Of a stretch of DNA of 64,000 nt, positions 9,419 through 19,493 are shown piece after piece. The DNA is from Gemmatimonadota bacterium (GTDB lineage: Bacteria > Gemmatimonadota > Gemmatimonadetes > Gemmatimonadales > GWC2-71-9), in the NCBI GenBank assembly GCA_025358055.1, contig JANYKV010000007.1, forward strand, positions 459 through 64,458. Direction: 5' to 3'. A program made the position numbers and the translations under genes. The notes beneath the pieces are model-generated. The model did no database searches. It had not been told where the DNA came from and worked only from the letters and a program-made list of their open reading frames with translations. Each line of letters opens with the position of its first letter. The first letter of the stretch is position 1.

Positions 9419-10047
9419 AGCTTCCCGTCGCGCCGGAAGGTATTCCATTCATCCTCGCCGCCTGGGCGATCGCCGCGGCGCTTGGGGTCTTGGCCCCGTG
9501 GCCCGTGTGGGCCGCCTGGCTCCTCGTCGCAATCTGGGTCGTGGCGTTCTTTCGCAACCCGGAGCGGACCGGACCGCGGGGGGACCAGTTCATCATCGCA
9601 CCCGCCGATGGGAAGGTCGTCGCGATCGTGAGGATGGAGGAGCCCGCGTTCCTCCGTGGTCCATCCCAGCGCGTCTCCATTTTTATGAACGTTTTCAACG
9701 TCCACGTAAATCGATACCCGTGTCAGGGGACCATTACCTATCTCCATTATCTCGCCGGCAAATTCTTGAATGCGGCGGCTGATAAGGCCAGCCTCGAGAA
9801 TGAGCAGAGCAGCGTTGGCCTCGAAACGAAAAGGGGGCGTGTTCTCATTCGGCAAATCGCCGGGCTCATCGCGCGGCGTATCGTGACCGACGGGCGAGAC
9901 GGGGCGATCGTCGAACAGGGTGCTCGGATGGGGCTGATTCGCTTTGGATCGCGAGTCGACATTTTCCTTCCCCCTGAAGTGACGGTGGCCGTCAAGGAGG
10001 GCGACATGACTCACGCCGGGGAAACGGTGGTGGCAAGGTGGAATTAG
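9415..10047 (+). CDS. psd: Phosphatidylserine decarboxylase proenzyme (short Asd-type)
   Basis: 210 aa. N-terminal TM helices; the FGSRVD self-cleavage (G-S) motif lies near the C-terminus. Confidence 0.9.
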   Translation: MKLPVAPEGIPFILAAWAIAAALGVLAPWPVWAAWLLVAIWVVAFFRNPERTGPRGDQFIIAPADGKVVAIVRMEEPAFLRGPSQRVSIFMNVFNVHVNRYPCQGTITYLHYLAGKFLNAAADKASLENEQSSVGLETKRGRVLIRQIAGLIARRIVTDGRDGAIVEQGARMGLIRFGSRVDIFLPPEVTVAVKEGDMTHAGETVVARWN

Positions 10048-10907
10048 TGCCCATTCCCGCGCCGGATCCAAGGCGTCCGGGTATGCGCCGGGTCGTTGTC
10101 CTGGTCCCGAGCGCGTTCACGCTCGCCAACATCTTCTTTGGATTCTGGGCCATCGTGTCCGCCTACAACGGCAATTTCCGCTCGGCGGGCTGGTTCATCG
10201 TCTTCGCGGGCGTCCTCGACATGCTGGACGGCCGAGTCGCGCGGATGTCGAACACGGGCACGCGGTTCGGCGAGGAGCTCGACTCGCTCGCTGACGTGAT
10301 CTCCTTCGGCATGGCGCCCGCCCTGCTCATGTATTTTCTCGAGTTTTCCCATGCAGGAAAACTCGGCTGGATTCCTTGCTACCTCTACGTGGTCGCCGCC
10401 GCCATCCGCTTGGCGCGTTTCAACGTGATGACCGCGATCAAACCATCCAGTTCCTGGTTTTCCGGAATTCCGTCCCCAGCGGCCGGGATGACGCTGGCGG
10501 TGTACTATCCTTTCAGCCAGACGGCGTGGTATCGGACCTCGCTGGCGTATCTGGAACTGCAGCACGAAATCGTTTTGGTTCTAATGCTGGCCCTCGCCGT
10601 GCTCATGGTGAGCCGGGTACCGTACCCCAAGTGGCCACGGTTGGGCTTTCGCACGCCGTCGGGAATTTTCGGCCTCATCCTTCACATCGTCCTCATCGGC
10701 GGTGCCGTGATGGCCCCGGCCCAGTTCCTGTTTCCGCTCGGCCTATTTTACCTGCTCTTCGGCATCTTGCGGATCACCATCATCAGTTTGCTCGAGCGCG
10801 GAGACACTCCCGATGCCGGAGTCGCCGAGGGCGGCCCCACCGGCGAGGAGCCTGACGCTTCCCCCCGAGGACGCCCGTGGCGGAACCATCGTACCCGAGG
10901 AGAGTGA
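10038..10907 (+). CDS. pssA: CDP-diacylglycerol--serine O-phosphatidyltransferase
   Basis: 289 aa. CDP-alcohol phosphatidyltransferase motif DMLDGRVAR...GEELDSLADVISFG. Confidence 0.92.
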   Translation: MELVPIPAPDPRRPGMRRVVVLVPSAFTLANIFFGFWAIVSAYNGNFRSAGWFIVFAGVLDMLDGRVARMSNTGTRFGEELDSLADVISFGMAPALLMYFLEFSHAGKLGWIPCYLYVVAAAIRLARFNVMTAIKPSSSWFSGIPSPAAGMTLAVYYPFSQTAWYRTSLAYLELQHEIVLVLMLALAVLMVSRVPYPKWPRLGFRTPSGIFGLILHIVLIGGAVMAPAQFLFPLGLFYLLFGILRITIISLLERGDTPDAGVAEGGPTGEEPDASPRGRPWRNHRTRGE

Positions 10908-11156
10908 ATGAAATTCCGCGTCCACGTCCGCGTCCTTCCCCGAGCCGGACTCCTCGATCCACAAGGCCAGGCGGTTGAGCATGCCTTGGCGGCCCTCAAG
11001 TTTGGCGGGATCTCGAATGTCCATATCGGTAAAGCGATCGAGTTCGAGGTCAATGCCGACTCGGCCGATCGGGCCCAAGCGGAGGTGAAGCGCATGTGTG
11101 AACAATTGCTCGCAAACCCGGTGACTGAGGATTTCAGCATCGCGGTGGAGGGCTGA
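10908..11156 (+). CDS. purS: FGAM synthase subunit PurS
   Basis: 82 aa. VRVLPRAGLLDPQGQAVEHAL is typical of PurS. Confidence 0.93.
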   Translation: MKFRVHVRVLPRAGLLDPQGQAVEHALAALKFGGISNVHIGKAIEFEVNADSADRAQAEVKRMCEQLLANPVTEDFSIAVEG

Positions 11157-11854
11157 TGCAGCGCGTGGCCATCGTTCGCTTCCCCGGAAGCAACTGCGAT
11201 CATGACTCGCTCAAAGCGGCCCACGATGCGGGCCTGGACAGCTACTACGTTTGGCACCGCGAGACCGACCTTAAGCAGGCGGACGCCGTCGTGATCCCCG
11301 GCGGCTTCAGCTACGGCGACTATCTCCGGTCCGGCGCCATCGCGCGCTTCAGTCCGGTGATGTCCTCCGTCCAGCAGTTCGCGCTGAAAGGCGGCCCCGT
11401 CCTTGGCATCTGCAACGGATTTCAGATCCTCTGCGAGGCGAGCCTCCTCCCCGGAGCGCTGATGCGGAACGCGGGCCTGGCCTTCCTTTCGCGGCCGGTC
11501 GATGTCCGCATCGAACGCACCGACACCCCGTTCACGTCGCGCTACCACGTGGGTCAGGTCATTCGGCTCCCGGTCGCGAGCGGCGATGGTCGATTCACCG
11601 CCGCCAAGGAGACCTTGGCCGAATTGGAATCGGAGCACCGGGTCGTGCTTCGCTACGTCAACGCGGGTGCGATCGACGCCGAACCCAACCCCAATGGCTC
11701 GAGCCGAGAGATCGCCGGCATTTGCAACCCGGCACGGAATGTTGTCGGGATCATGCCCCACCCCGAACGCGCGGCCGACCTCCGAACCGGCAGCACCGCG
11801 GGAGCAGACTTCCTCCGCTCCTTGGCCGCGCCAGCCGCTGCGAGCGCGGCGTGA
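11156..11854 (+). CDS. purQ: FGAM synthase glutaminase subunit PurQ
   Basis: 232 aa. [20 protein letters not shown] and GICNGFQ (catalytic Cys). Confidence 0.95.
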   Translation: MQRVAIVRFPGSNCDHDSLKAAHDAGLDSYYVWHRETDLKQADAVVIPGGFSYGDYLRSGAIARFSPVMSSVQQFALKGGPVLGICNGFQILCEASLLPGALMRNAGLAFLSRPVDVRIERTDTPFTSRYHVGQVIRLPVASGDGRFTAAKETLAELESEHRVVLRYVNAGAIDAEPNPNGSSREIAGICNPARNVVGIMPHPERAADLRTGSTAGADFLRSLAAPAAASAA

Positions 11855-14160
11855 CCGCCACGACTCCCGTGTCGTCGTCTTCCGCTTCCCCCTTCCCCGG
11901 TGAACGCCCAGTGACTCCGGCCGTGGTCAAAGAGCACAATCTCAATGACCACGAATATCAAATGATTCTGAAGTTGCTCAGCCGCACGCCGACGCTCACC
12001 GAGCTCGGAATCTTCTCCGCGCTGTGGTCCGAGCATTGCTCCTACAAACATTCAAAGCCCATTCTCCGCGCCTTTCCGACCACCGGACCGCACGTCGTCC
12101 AAGGTCCGGGTGAAAACGCGGGCGTGCTTCGGTTGCCCGACGGCTGGGCGGTCGCGTTCAAGATCGAATCGCACAATCATCCTTCCGCCGTTGAGCCGTA
12201 CCAGGGCGCGGCGACGGGCGTGGGCGGCATTCTGCGGGATGTCTTTACGATGGGAGCTCGGCCGGTCGCGGTTCTCAACAGCCTGCGGCTCGGACCGCTC
12301 GATGATCCCAGAAATCGATACCTCTTCGCGGGAATCGTCCGGGGCGTGGGCGACTACGGCAACTGCGTCGGCGTGCCTACCCTGGGCGGAGAGGTGTCCT
12401 TTGCTCCCGGTTACAGCGGCAACCCGCTCGTCAACGCGATGTGCGTTGGGCTCCTCCGCGAGAAAGACCTGATTCGAGCGGCCGCGCACGGTGTGGGCAA
12501 CGTGCTGCTGGCGGTTGGGGCCCGCACCGGCCGCGATGGTATCCACGGCGCGAGTTTCGCTTCCGAGGAACTTTCTGAGAAAAGTGAGGCGCGACGGCCT
12601 CAGGTGCAAGTCGGCGACCCGTTCACGGAAAAGCTCCTCCTCGAAGCGAGCTTGGAACTCATCACCTCAGGTTTCATCGTCGCCATTCAAGACATGGGAG
12701 CCGCCGGGCTCACCAGCTCGTCCGCGGAAATGGCCGCGCGCGGCGGTGTGGGTGTCGAGCTGGACACGAGCTTGGTACCGGTCCGCGAATCCGGCATGAC
12801 GCCGTACGAGATTCTCCTGTCCGAATCCCAGGAGCGGATGCTCGTGGTGGCGGAGCCCGCGCGCGTCGCCGCCATCCAGGCGATCTGCGAATACTGGGAG
12901 CTCTCGGCCACGCCCGTGGGGCGGGTAACGGACGATGGTCTCTTCCGGGTCATCCATGACGGCCTCACCGTCGCCTCGATTCCGGGGCAGCAGCTCGTCG
13001 ACGATTGCCCGATCTACTACCCCAAGGCGGCGGAGTCACCCGATACCGTCGCCCGGCGTAGGCTCGCCCCGACCGTCACGCCTCCGAGCAACGAAATCGC
13101 GCTGGAGCGTCTACTCGATGCGCCGTCCGTCGCGAGCAAGCGGTGGGTGTTCGAGCAATACGATTCGACGGTGCAAGCGGAGACCGCGATCGCGCCCGGC
13201 GGAGACGCGGGAGTTTTTGGGGTCCCCGAAACCTCCTTTGGCATTGCGGTGACGGTCGACTGCAATTCCCGGTATGTCGCGCTCGATCCATACGAAGGCG
13301 GCAAGGCGACAGTGGCCGAAGCGGCGCGCAACATCGCGTGCACGGGAGCGGTCCCACTCGGCATCACCGATTGTTTGAATTTCGGCAATCCCGAAAAGCC
13401 CGAAGTATTCTTTCAATTTCGGGAGGCCTGCCGCGGAATCGCAGACGCCTGCCGCGCCTTCGAGACCCCCGTCACGGGTGGGAATGTCTCGTTCTACAAT
13501 GAGAGCCCGACCGGCGCGATCGACCCGACCCCAACCATCGGAATGATCGGTCTGCTCCGGGACCTCACCAAACGAGTGACGAGTCACTTCAGCCGGCCCG
13601 GCGACCGCATCGCGATCATTGGAACTACCCGCGGGCACCTTGGCGGATCGTCCTACTGGGCGGAAGTCCTCTCCTGCGTGGGCGGCGCTCCGCCCCCGAT
13701 TGACTTGCTCGCGGAGCGACAACTCCAGCGTTTCCTCGCCGCTGCCGCCAACCAGCGGCTGCTCCAGAGCGCCCACGACACGAGCGACGGCGGGCTCGCG
13801 GTTGCTCTCGCGGAGGCCTGCATCGGCGGACCGTATGCCAATTCCACGATCGGCGCGTCGCTCGACTGCGCGGCCTATGGCACCGGGCTCCCCGATGACG
13901 CGCTTCTGTTTGGCGAAGATGGCGCACGCCTTGTGGTTTCCTGCCACCCAGACAACAGCGTGGCCCTCGAGCAACTCGCCGCCGAGTGCCAAGTGCCGTT
14001 GACTTTCGTCGGACGCGTGGCGGCAGCCTCCGACCTCTCCATCACCCTCCGCAACACGATCGTCCGTTGGGATGTGGCACGACTCCGGCAGATCTACATG
14101 AACGCCATTCCGCGCCGCATGCGGCAAGCACCGCTCGTGAGTCCCGAGGAGGGTCCCTAG
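11851..14160 (+). CDS. purL: FGAM synthase subunit PurL
   Basis: Homology starts near [41 protein letters not shown]. The in-frame GTG at 11851 forms a GTGA overlap with the purQ stop. The track's 11722 start lies inside purQ and is rejected. Confidence 0.93.
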   Translation: MTATTPVSSSSASPFPGERPVTPAVVKEHNLNDHEYQMILKLLSRTPTLTELGIFSALWSEHCSYKHSKPILRAFPTTGPHVVQGPGENAGVLRLPDGWAVAFKIESHNHPSAVEPYQGAATGVGGILRDVFTMGARPVAVLNSLRLGPLDDPRNRYLFAGIVRGVGDYGNCVGVPTLGGEVSFAPGYSGNPLVNAMCVGLLREKDLIRAAAHGVGNVLLAVGARTGRDGIHGASFASEELSEKSEARRPQVQVGDPFTEKLLLEASLELITSGFIVAIQDMGAAGLTSSSAEMAARGGVGVELDTSLVPVRESGMTPYEILLSESQERMLVVAEPARVAAIQAICEYWELSATPVGRVTDDGLFRVIHDGLTVASIPGQQLVDDCPIYYPKAAESPDTVARRRLAPTVTPPSNEIALERLLDAPSVASKRWVFEQYDSTVQAETAIAPGGDAGVFGVPETSFGIAVTVDCNSRYVALDPYEGGKATVAEAARNIACTGAVPLGITDCLNFGNPEKPEVFFQFREACRGIADACRAFETPVTGGNVSFYNESPTGAIDPTPTIGMIGLLRDLTKRVTSHFSRPGDRIAIIGTTRGHLGGSSYWAEVLSCVGGAPPPIDLLAERQLQRFLAAAANQRLLQSAHDTSDGGLAVALAEACIGGPYANSTIGASLDCAAYGTGLPDDALLFGEDGARLVVSCHPDNSVALEQLAAECQVPLTFVGRVAAASDLSITLRNTIVRWDVARLRQIYMNAIPRRMRQAPLVSPEEGP

Positions 14161-14163
14161 TCG

Positions 14164-15558
14164 ATGTGTGGCATTATCGGAGTCTCGGCTGTCCCCGACG
14201 CTGGTCGGGTCGCATACCTTGGCCTCTACGCCCTCCAGCACCGGGGCCAAGAGAGCTGCGGGATCGTCACCCTCGATCAGTCAACCAGGCCTCACGTTCA
14301 GCGCGGCATGGGACTGGTGTCGGAAGTCTTCAACGAGGAAGTCCTTGGCACATTGCCGGGCGACGTGGCAGTAGGCCATACCCGCTACTCTACGTCCGGT
14401 ACCACCGTCCTCGCCAACGCCCAGCCCTCCTTGGTGAACTATCGCGGCGGCCTCCTCACCCTCGCGCACAACGGCGATCTCACCAACGCGGTGGCGCTCC
14501 GTCACGAGCTCGTAGAACAAGGCGCGATCTTCAGCTCCTCGTCGGACTCCGAAGTGATCGTTCACCTGATCGCGCGATCCACGGGACCGGATGTCGAGCA
14601 CCAAATCCGAGTGGCCCTGGAACGCGTCGAGGGAGCCTATAGTCTCATCATCTCGGTCGGCCGCGATATCTATGCGGCGGTTGATGGCCGAGGATTCCGC
14701 CCGCTGGCGTTGGCCCGCCTCGGTGATGGTATCGTCGTGGCATCCGAGAGCTGCGCTTTTGACCTGATGGGGGCGACGAAGCTCCGGGAACTCACGCCCG
14801 GCGAGTTCGTGCGGATCCGCAACGGCGTGATCCACAATTTGGCACCCCTCCCGGTCAAGCCGGTGAGTCGGTGCGTCTTTGAATTGGTGTACTTCTCGCG
14901 GCCCGACAGCACCATCTTCGGTGAGTCGGTGGACCGAGTCCGTCGGCAGCTCGGCCGCGAATTGGCCAAAGAGCACCCGGCTCCCGGCGCGGACGTCGTC
15001 TTCAGCGTCCCGGACAGCGCGAACGCCATGGCGCTAGGATTCCATGAAGAATCCGGGATCAAACTCGAGTATGGCCTGATCCGGAATCACTACGTGGGCC
15101 GTACCTTCATCACGCCAACGCAAGCGCTCCGGGTGGCCAAGGTCCGGATCAAATTCAATCCAGTGCGCGAGGTCATCGAAGGCAAGCGGGTGGTGGTGGT
15201 CGACGACTCGCTGGTGCGTGGTACCACCAGCAAGGGTCTCGTCCAAATGATTCGGGGCGCAGGCGCCCGTGAGGTCCACCTGCGGCTGGGGTCGCCGCCC
15301 ATTACTGGTCCTTGCTACTACGGCATCGATACCCCGACCCGCGCCGAGCTCATCGCCGCCACTCATTCGCACGAGGAAATCCGCGACTATCTGGGCGTGG
15401 ACACGCTGGGATACCTTTCGCTCGAGGGAATGCTGCGTGCCGCAGGCACCGCAAACCGATTCTGCCACGCCTGTTTTTCCGGACAGTACCCGGTGCCCGT
15501 CGATGAAGCCTCGGACCGCTCCCGCCACCTTTCACCTCTGGCCCCGAGCCTCGCATGA
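14164..15558 (+). CDS. purF: Amidophosphoribosyltransferase
   Basis: 464 aa. MCGIIGV N-terminal nucleophile, PRTase motif VVVVDDSLVRGTT, and C-terminal Cys ligands. Confidence 0.96.
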   Translation: MCGIIGVSAVPDAGRVAYLGLYALQHRGQESCGIVTLDQSTRPHVQRGMGLVSEVFNEEVLGTLPGDVAVGHTRYSTSGTTVLANAQPSLVNYRGGLLTLAHNGDLTNAVALRHELVEQGAIFSSSSDSEVIVHLIARSTGPDVEHQIRVALERVEGAYSLIISVGRDIYAAVDGRGFRPLALARLGDGIVVASESCAFDLMGATKLRELTPGEFVRIRNGVIHNLAPLPVKPVSRCVFELVYFSRPDSTIFGESVDRVRRQLGRELAKEHPAPGADVVFSVPDSANAMALGFHEESGIKLEYGLIRNHYVGRTFITPTQALRVAKVRIKFNPVREVIEGKRVVVVDDSLVRGTTSKGLVQMIRGAGAREVHLRLGSPPITGPCYYGIDTPTRAELIAATHSHEEIRDYLGVDTLGYLSLEGMLRAAGTANRFCHACFSGQYPVPVDEASDRSRHLSPLAPSLA

Positions 15559-18221
15559 GCGACCCGTTCTCCCAGCCGCTGGTCTATTTCTTTGGCCAGG
15601 GGCGTGCTGATGGCACGGCGGCGATGAAGGAAATTCTGGGTGGCAAGGGGGCGGGCTTAGCCGAGATGATGAATCTCGGCATCCCGGTCCCACCAGGGTT
15701 TACGATCGCGGCAACCCTCTGCACAACCTATCTCGAAACCCACCAATTCCCTCCTCGGCTCCGAGCGCAAGTCGAAACGGCACTGCAGCGACTGGAAGCG
15801 GCTTCAGGAAAGGTGTTTGGGGGCGCGGCGAACCCCCTCCTGGTCTCGGTACGATCGGGCGCGGCAGTGTCGATGCCGGGCATGATGGAAACCATTCTCA
15901 ACCTCGGGCTCAATGAGGACACGGTCGAGGGGCTGTGCAAACTGAGCGGCAATCCGAATTTCGCCTACGACTCCTACCGTCGCTTCGTGCAAATGTACGG
16001 TAGCGTCGTCTTCGATGTCCCCAAACGATCCTTCGATGCTCTCCTGGAAGGACGCAAAAAGTCCCATGGTGCCGCGCAGGACATCGATCTCCCCCCCGAA
16101 GAACTGGCCGCGCTGGCCCGCGAATACAAAGCCGTCATCAAGCAGGTGACCGGCCGGGACTTCCCGGAGAACCCGGTCGACCAACTGTGGGGCGCGGTTG
16201 AGGCCGTGTTCGAAAGCTGGAACACCCGACGCGCTATCGACTATCGCAAGCTGCATGACATCCCCGATAGCATGGGAACGGCCGTCAACATCGTGGCTAT
16301 GGTGTTCGGCAACACGGGGGACGACTCGGGCACTGGTGTGGCCTTCACGCGCGACCCCTCGACTGGCGAAGCCAAACTCTACGGAGAGTACCTGTTGAAT
16401 GCGCAGGGGGAAGATGTGGTGTCGGGCGCGCGGACGCCGGAACCCATTTCACGGCTCAAGGATCGGATGCCGCAGGCGTACGGTGAGCTCGATCGCGTCG
16501 CGCGCACCCTCGAGCGCCACTTTCGGGACGTGCAAGACCTTGAGTTCACGATCGAGCACGGCAAGCTCTTCATGCTCCAGACCCGCCGGGGACAACGATC
16601 GGGTCACGCGGCGGTCCGCATCGCTTGCGAGATGGTGGACGAGGGGGTCATTTCCGAGGAAGAGGCGGTCGCCCGGATTCCGCCCAACGATCTGAACCAG
16701 CTCCTGCATCCGACCATCGACGGCAGCGCTGAACTCGATCTCCTCACCACCGGCCTTCCGGCTTCGCCGGGTGCGGCCAGCGGAACCGTCGTCTTCCACG
16801 CCGACGAAGCCGAAGAGTTGGGGCGCAAGGGCACGGCCGTGATCTTGGTCCGCCGGGAAACGAGTCCCGAGGACTTTCATGGCATGGTGATGGCCAAGGC
16901 GATTCTCACGGCGCGCGGGGGGATGACCTCTCACGCGGCGGTGGTCGCGCGCGGGATGGGCAAGCCCTGCGTCGCCGGGGCCCAAGACATCGAGGTGGAT
17001 GAGTCGGAAAACCTGTTTCACGTCAATGGACGCGCCGTCAAGTCGGGGGAGTGGATCACCGTCGATGGCAGTTCCGGCAGGGTCTACGCTGGGCAATCCA
17101 AGCTCATCCCGCCGGAATTGAGCGGCAATTTCGATCGCCTCATGTTGTGGGCCGATAAGACCCGGCACCTCCGGGTGCGGGTCAATGCGGACACGCCGGC
17201 CGACGCGCATCGGGGCCGCGACTTCGGCGCCGAGGGCATCGGGCTCTGTCGCACGGAGCATATGTTTTTCGAAGGCGAACGCATCAACGCCATGCGCGAA
17301 ATGATCCTCGCCCAAGATCCGGCCGGCCGTACGAAGGCACTCGCCAAGCTCCTCCCCATGCAGCGCGCGGATTTCGAGGGGATCTTTCGGGCGATGGAAG
17401 GCTACCCCGTCACCATCCGGCTCCTCGATCCGCCGCTCCACGAGTTCCTGCCGAAAGAGGCGCCCGAAATCGAAGCTTTGGCGAAACAGATGGGCAAAAC
17501 GGTGAAAGAAGTGCACCGGATTGTGGAGCTGCTAAGCGAGGTGAACCCCATGCTCGGTCTCCGCGGCTGCCGGTTGGGCATCATGTATCCCGAAATCACC
17601 GAAATGCAGGCTCGGGCGATTTTCGAGGCGGCGTGTACGGTCGCGGCTCGCAAGGGCCGAGTGATGCCCGAGGTCATGATTCCCCTCGTCGCGCATGTGG
17701 TAGAATTTCGGAAGCAAGCCCTAATCGTCCGACGGGTCGCGGAGGAGGTGTTCCGCGAGCGCCAGCTGACGGTCCCCTACCTGCTCGGGACCATGATCGA
17801 GTTGCCGCGCGCTGCGCTCACTGCCGACGAAATTGCCCGCGAAGCCCAATTCTTCTCGTTCGGCACCAACGACCTCACCCAGACCACGTGGGGCCTCTCA
17901 CGCGACGACTCCGGAGTGTTCCTTCCGGCCTACCTGGAACAGAACATCATCGAGAACGACCCATTCGAGGTTCTCGACCTCCCCGGTGTCGGCAAGCTGA
18001 TTTCGATGGCGGTCGAGTTGGGACGCCGGACCCGGCAAGATCTCAAGGTCGGCATCTGCGGGGAGCATGGCGGGGAACCCGGGGCGGTGCATTTCTGTGA
18101 GGCCCTGCGCATGAACTATGTGTCGTGTTCACCGTATCGCGTACCCATCGCTCGCCTGTCCGCGGCGCAGGCGGCGCTGGCGGAACGAGGGACCATGGAT
18201 CGGACGAGGGCCACGGTATGA
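15555..18221 (+). CDS. ppdK: Pyruvate, phosphate dikinase
   Basis: 888 aa. GGKGAGLAEM, the phosphohistidine region GGMTSHAAVVARG, and the PEP-utilising C-terminal domain (GICGE). Confidence 0.96.
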   Translation: MSDPFSQPLVYFFGQGRADGTAAMKEILGGKGAGLAEMMNLGIPVPPGFTIAATLCTTYLETHQFPPRLRAQVETALQRLEAASGKVFGGAANPLLVSVRSGAAVSMPGMMETILNLGLNEDTVEGLCKLSGNPNFAYDSYRRFVQMYGSVVFDVPKRSFDALLEGRKKSHGAAQDIDLPPEELAALAREYKAVIKQVTGRDFPENPVDQLWGAVEAVFESWNTRRAIDYRKLHDIPDSMGTAVNIVAMVFGNTGDDSGTGVAFTRDPSTGEAKLYGEYLLNAQGEDVVSGARTPEPISRLKDRMPQAYGELDRVARTLERHFRDVQDLEFTIEHGKLFMLQTRRGQRSGHAAVRIACEMVDEGVISEEEAVARIPPNDLNQLLHPTIDGSAELDLLTTGLPASPGAASGTVVFHADEAEELGRKGTAVILVRRETSPEDFHGMVMAKAILTARGGMTSHAAVVARGMGKPCVAGAQDIEVDESENLFHVNGRAVKSGEWITVDGSSGRVYAGQSKLIPPELSGNFDRLMLWADKTRHLRVRVNADTPADAHRGRDFGAEGIGLCRTEHMFFEGERINAMREMILAQDPAGRTKALAKLLPMQRADFEGIFRAMEGYPVTIRLLDPPLHEFLPKEAPEIEALAKQMGKTVKEVHRIVELLSEVNPMLGLRGCRLGIMYPEITEMQARAIFEAACTVAARKGRVMPEVMIPLVAHVVEFRKQALIVRRVAEEVFRERQLTVPYLLGTMIELPRAALTADEIAREAQFFSFGTNDLTQTTWGLSRDDSGVFLPAYLEQNIIENDPFEVLDLPGVGKLISMAVELGRRTRQDLKVGICGEHGGEPGAVHFCEALRMNYVSCSPYRVPIARLSAAQAALAERGTMDRTRATV

Positions 18222-18712
18222 CCCTGCCACTCGTGGGCGTCGTGATGGGCAGCGCGTCCGACTGGGACGTGATGAAAGCAGCCGTGAGCAAGTTGGTGGA
18301 ATTCGGGATTCCGTATGATGCGAAGGTTGCTTCGGCACATCGCTCGCCCGAACTGCTCGCCGAGTTTCTGAAAGACCTGGAGCACAGAGGTGCCGGGTGC
18401 ATCATCGCCGGTGCGGGGGGAGCCGCGCACCTGCCGGGGGTGGTGGCGGCGGCAACAACGATTCCCGTGTTGGGTGTGCCGATGCCCTCCAAACACCTCC
18501 AGGGGCTCGATTCGCTGCTTTCGATCGTACAAATGCCGGGAGGCATTCCGGTCGCGACGTTCGGTATCGGAGAGGCGGGTGCCCAGAACGCCGCCCTGTT
18601 CGTGGTGGCCCTGTACGCCCGGACCGATTCGGCGATGCGCGCCAAACTGACCGAGTTCAGGAAAGCGCAGGAACAAAAGATTCGGAGCGCGACCTTGCCG
18701 TCGGTGGGCTGA
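18218..18712 (+). CDS. purE: N5-CAIR mutase PurE
   Basis: The ATG at 18218 (MTLPLVGVVMGSASDW...SAHRSP...GGAAHLPG) forms an ATGA overlap with the ppdK stop. The track's 18125 start lies inside ppdK. Confidence 0.93.
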   Translation: MTLPLVGVVMGSASDWDVMKAAVSKLVEFGIPYDAKVASAHRSPELLAEFLKDLEHRGAGCIIAGAGGAAHLPGVVAAATTIPVLGVPMPSKHLQGLDSLLSIVQMPGGIPVATFGIGEAGAQNAALFVVALYARTDSAMRAKLTEFRKAQEQKIRSATLPSVG

Positions 18713-18736
18713 CCTCTCCGGATACCGCGAACACAC

Positions 18737-18764
18737 GAAGGGGCGCCCATTCGGGCGCCCCTTC
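18737..18764. terminator. Bidirectional terminator hairpin between convergent purE and ssrA
   Basis: Perfect 12-bp stem GAAGGGGCGCCC / GGGCGCCCCTTC with loop ATTC. Confidence 0.6.
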
Positions 18765-18776
18765 GTCGCATTGAGA

Positions 18777-19137
18777 TGGAGGCGCAGGGAATCGAACCCT
18801 GGTCCGCATCAGCATCCAGCACAGTCTCTACGTGCGTAGGCTGCCATTCATTCTTTGGCCTCGGGCCGGTAAGCGGCCGACCTTCCCGAAGTTGACCTCC
18901 GGAATTCTCGCCGTCCGCGTCGGAGGACCACGCACAGCCAGCCCAGATTTGCGATCCGATGGCGACGCCCGGGGCGAGCTTCGTTCATCGGAGGCGCTAA
19001 GCGAGCGTTAGCTCAGCTTAGGCAGCCATTGCCAGTTCAGAATTGGCAGTTGGATCTTTTCCAGACAGTTTATCCAGGAACCTGGACCTGGGCACGCAAC
19101 CATACCTTCCACTAACCCGTCGAAGCCGATCGCCCCC
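18777..19137 (-). ncRNA. ssrA: tmRNA (SsrA), ~361 nt, one-piece
   Basis: The minus strand reads 5'-GGGGGCGATCGGCTTCGACGGG...GGTTCGATTCCCTGCGCCTCCA-3'. The 7-bp acceptor stem has a G3:U pair and there is a T-loop GGTTCGATTCC. The tag ORF GCC AAT TCT GAA CTG GCA ATG GCT GCC TAA (19047..19018) encodes ANSELAMAA. The 3' CCA is not genomically encoded. Confidence 0.9.
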
Positions 19138-19146
19138 GACACTTCC

Positions 19147-19175
19147 ATCATATCCCGAAGAACCCCCGAAAGCAA
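19147..19175 (-). promoter_or_regulatory. Candidate ssrA promoter TTGCTT-N17-TATGAT
   Basis: On the minus strand, TTGCTT lies at 19175..19170 and TATGAT at 19152..19147. The -10 ends 9 nt before the mature 5' G at 19137. Confidence 0.35.
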
Positions 19176-19375
19176 TGGGGAAAGTCCTCGCCGGCCGAAT
19201 TCAGCCCTGCCGGTCGAGTAGGGTAGTTCACCGGCTCCCAAATCGCTTTGAATTTCGGCTCTACGGCAGCTGGTTTCGCGGCAACGATGGCTCTTTTCGC
19301 GGGCTGCGGCTTTTGTGCGGCCGACAAACTCGCACTCGATACCAGTAACGCAACTATCGAGACGAACCGTTTCAT
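19148..19375 (-). pseudogene. Truncated N-terminal paralogue fragment of the adjacent BNR/Ycf48-like gene (75 codons from the ATG at 19375)
   Basis: MKRFVSIVALLVSSASLSAAQKPQPAKRAIVAAKPAAVEPKFKAIWEPVNY aligns with MQRFVAMVVLLISSSGLALGQKPQP...AAEPKFKAIWEPVNY of the gene at 19494-20630. Similarity stops abruptly after NY, and an unrelated 24-codon tail runs to a stop inside the ssrA -10. It could instead be a small secreted peptide. Confidence 0.5.
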
Positions 19376-19388
19376 GCACCCTCCTCGA
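19223..19388 (-). repeat. Copy A of a duplicated 5' module (RBS, signal peptide and first ~50 codons)
   Basis: Nucleotide-level similarity to 20469-20643. Both begin GTAGTTCACCGGCTCCCAAAT and end CCCTCCTCGA (plus strand). Copy B has 9 extra nt. Confidence 0.8.
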
Positions 19389-19493
19389 TAGGCGAACCTG
19401 ACCCCGAATGAGGTCCGCCGAGCGAACATCCAGGAAATGGCTTCGCTAGCCTTCCTCGCGTCCACAACCGGCTCGGCGGTTCCGGCCCGGCGT

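Noticed and set aside
11722-11850. N-terminal extensions of maximal ORFs. These are purL from 11722, purE from 18125, the BNR gene from 20705, the amidohydrolase from 22888, the permease from 23796, proS from 35586, hisS from 37105, folC from 38502, dxr from 53054, rpsB from 57486, rplM from 58477, the RNA MTase from 60247 and the carboxyltransferase from 63380.
   Set aside because: The extensions overlap upstream genes or are R/G/P-rich. Homology-consistent internal starts exist, many of them forming ATGA/GTGA overlaps with the preceding stop codon.
18713-19493. The idea that ssrA marks a genomic-island or prophage integration site.
   Set aside because: Islands integrate at the tmRNA 3' end, which here faces purE across a shared terminator only 64 nt away. 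No integrase, excisionase or duplicated ssrA 3'-end (att) sequence was noticed. The odd DNA lies on the 5' (promoter) side.
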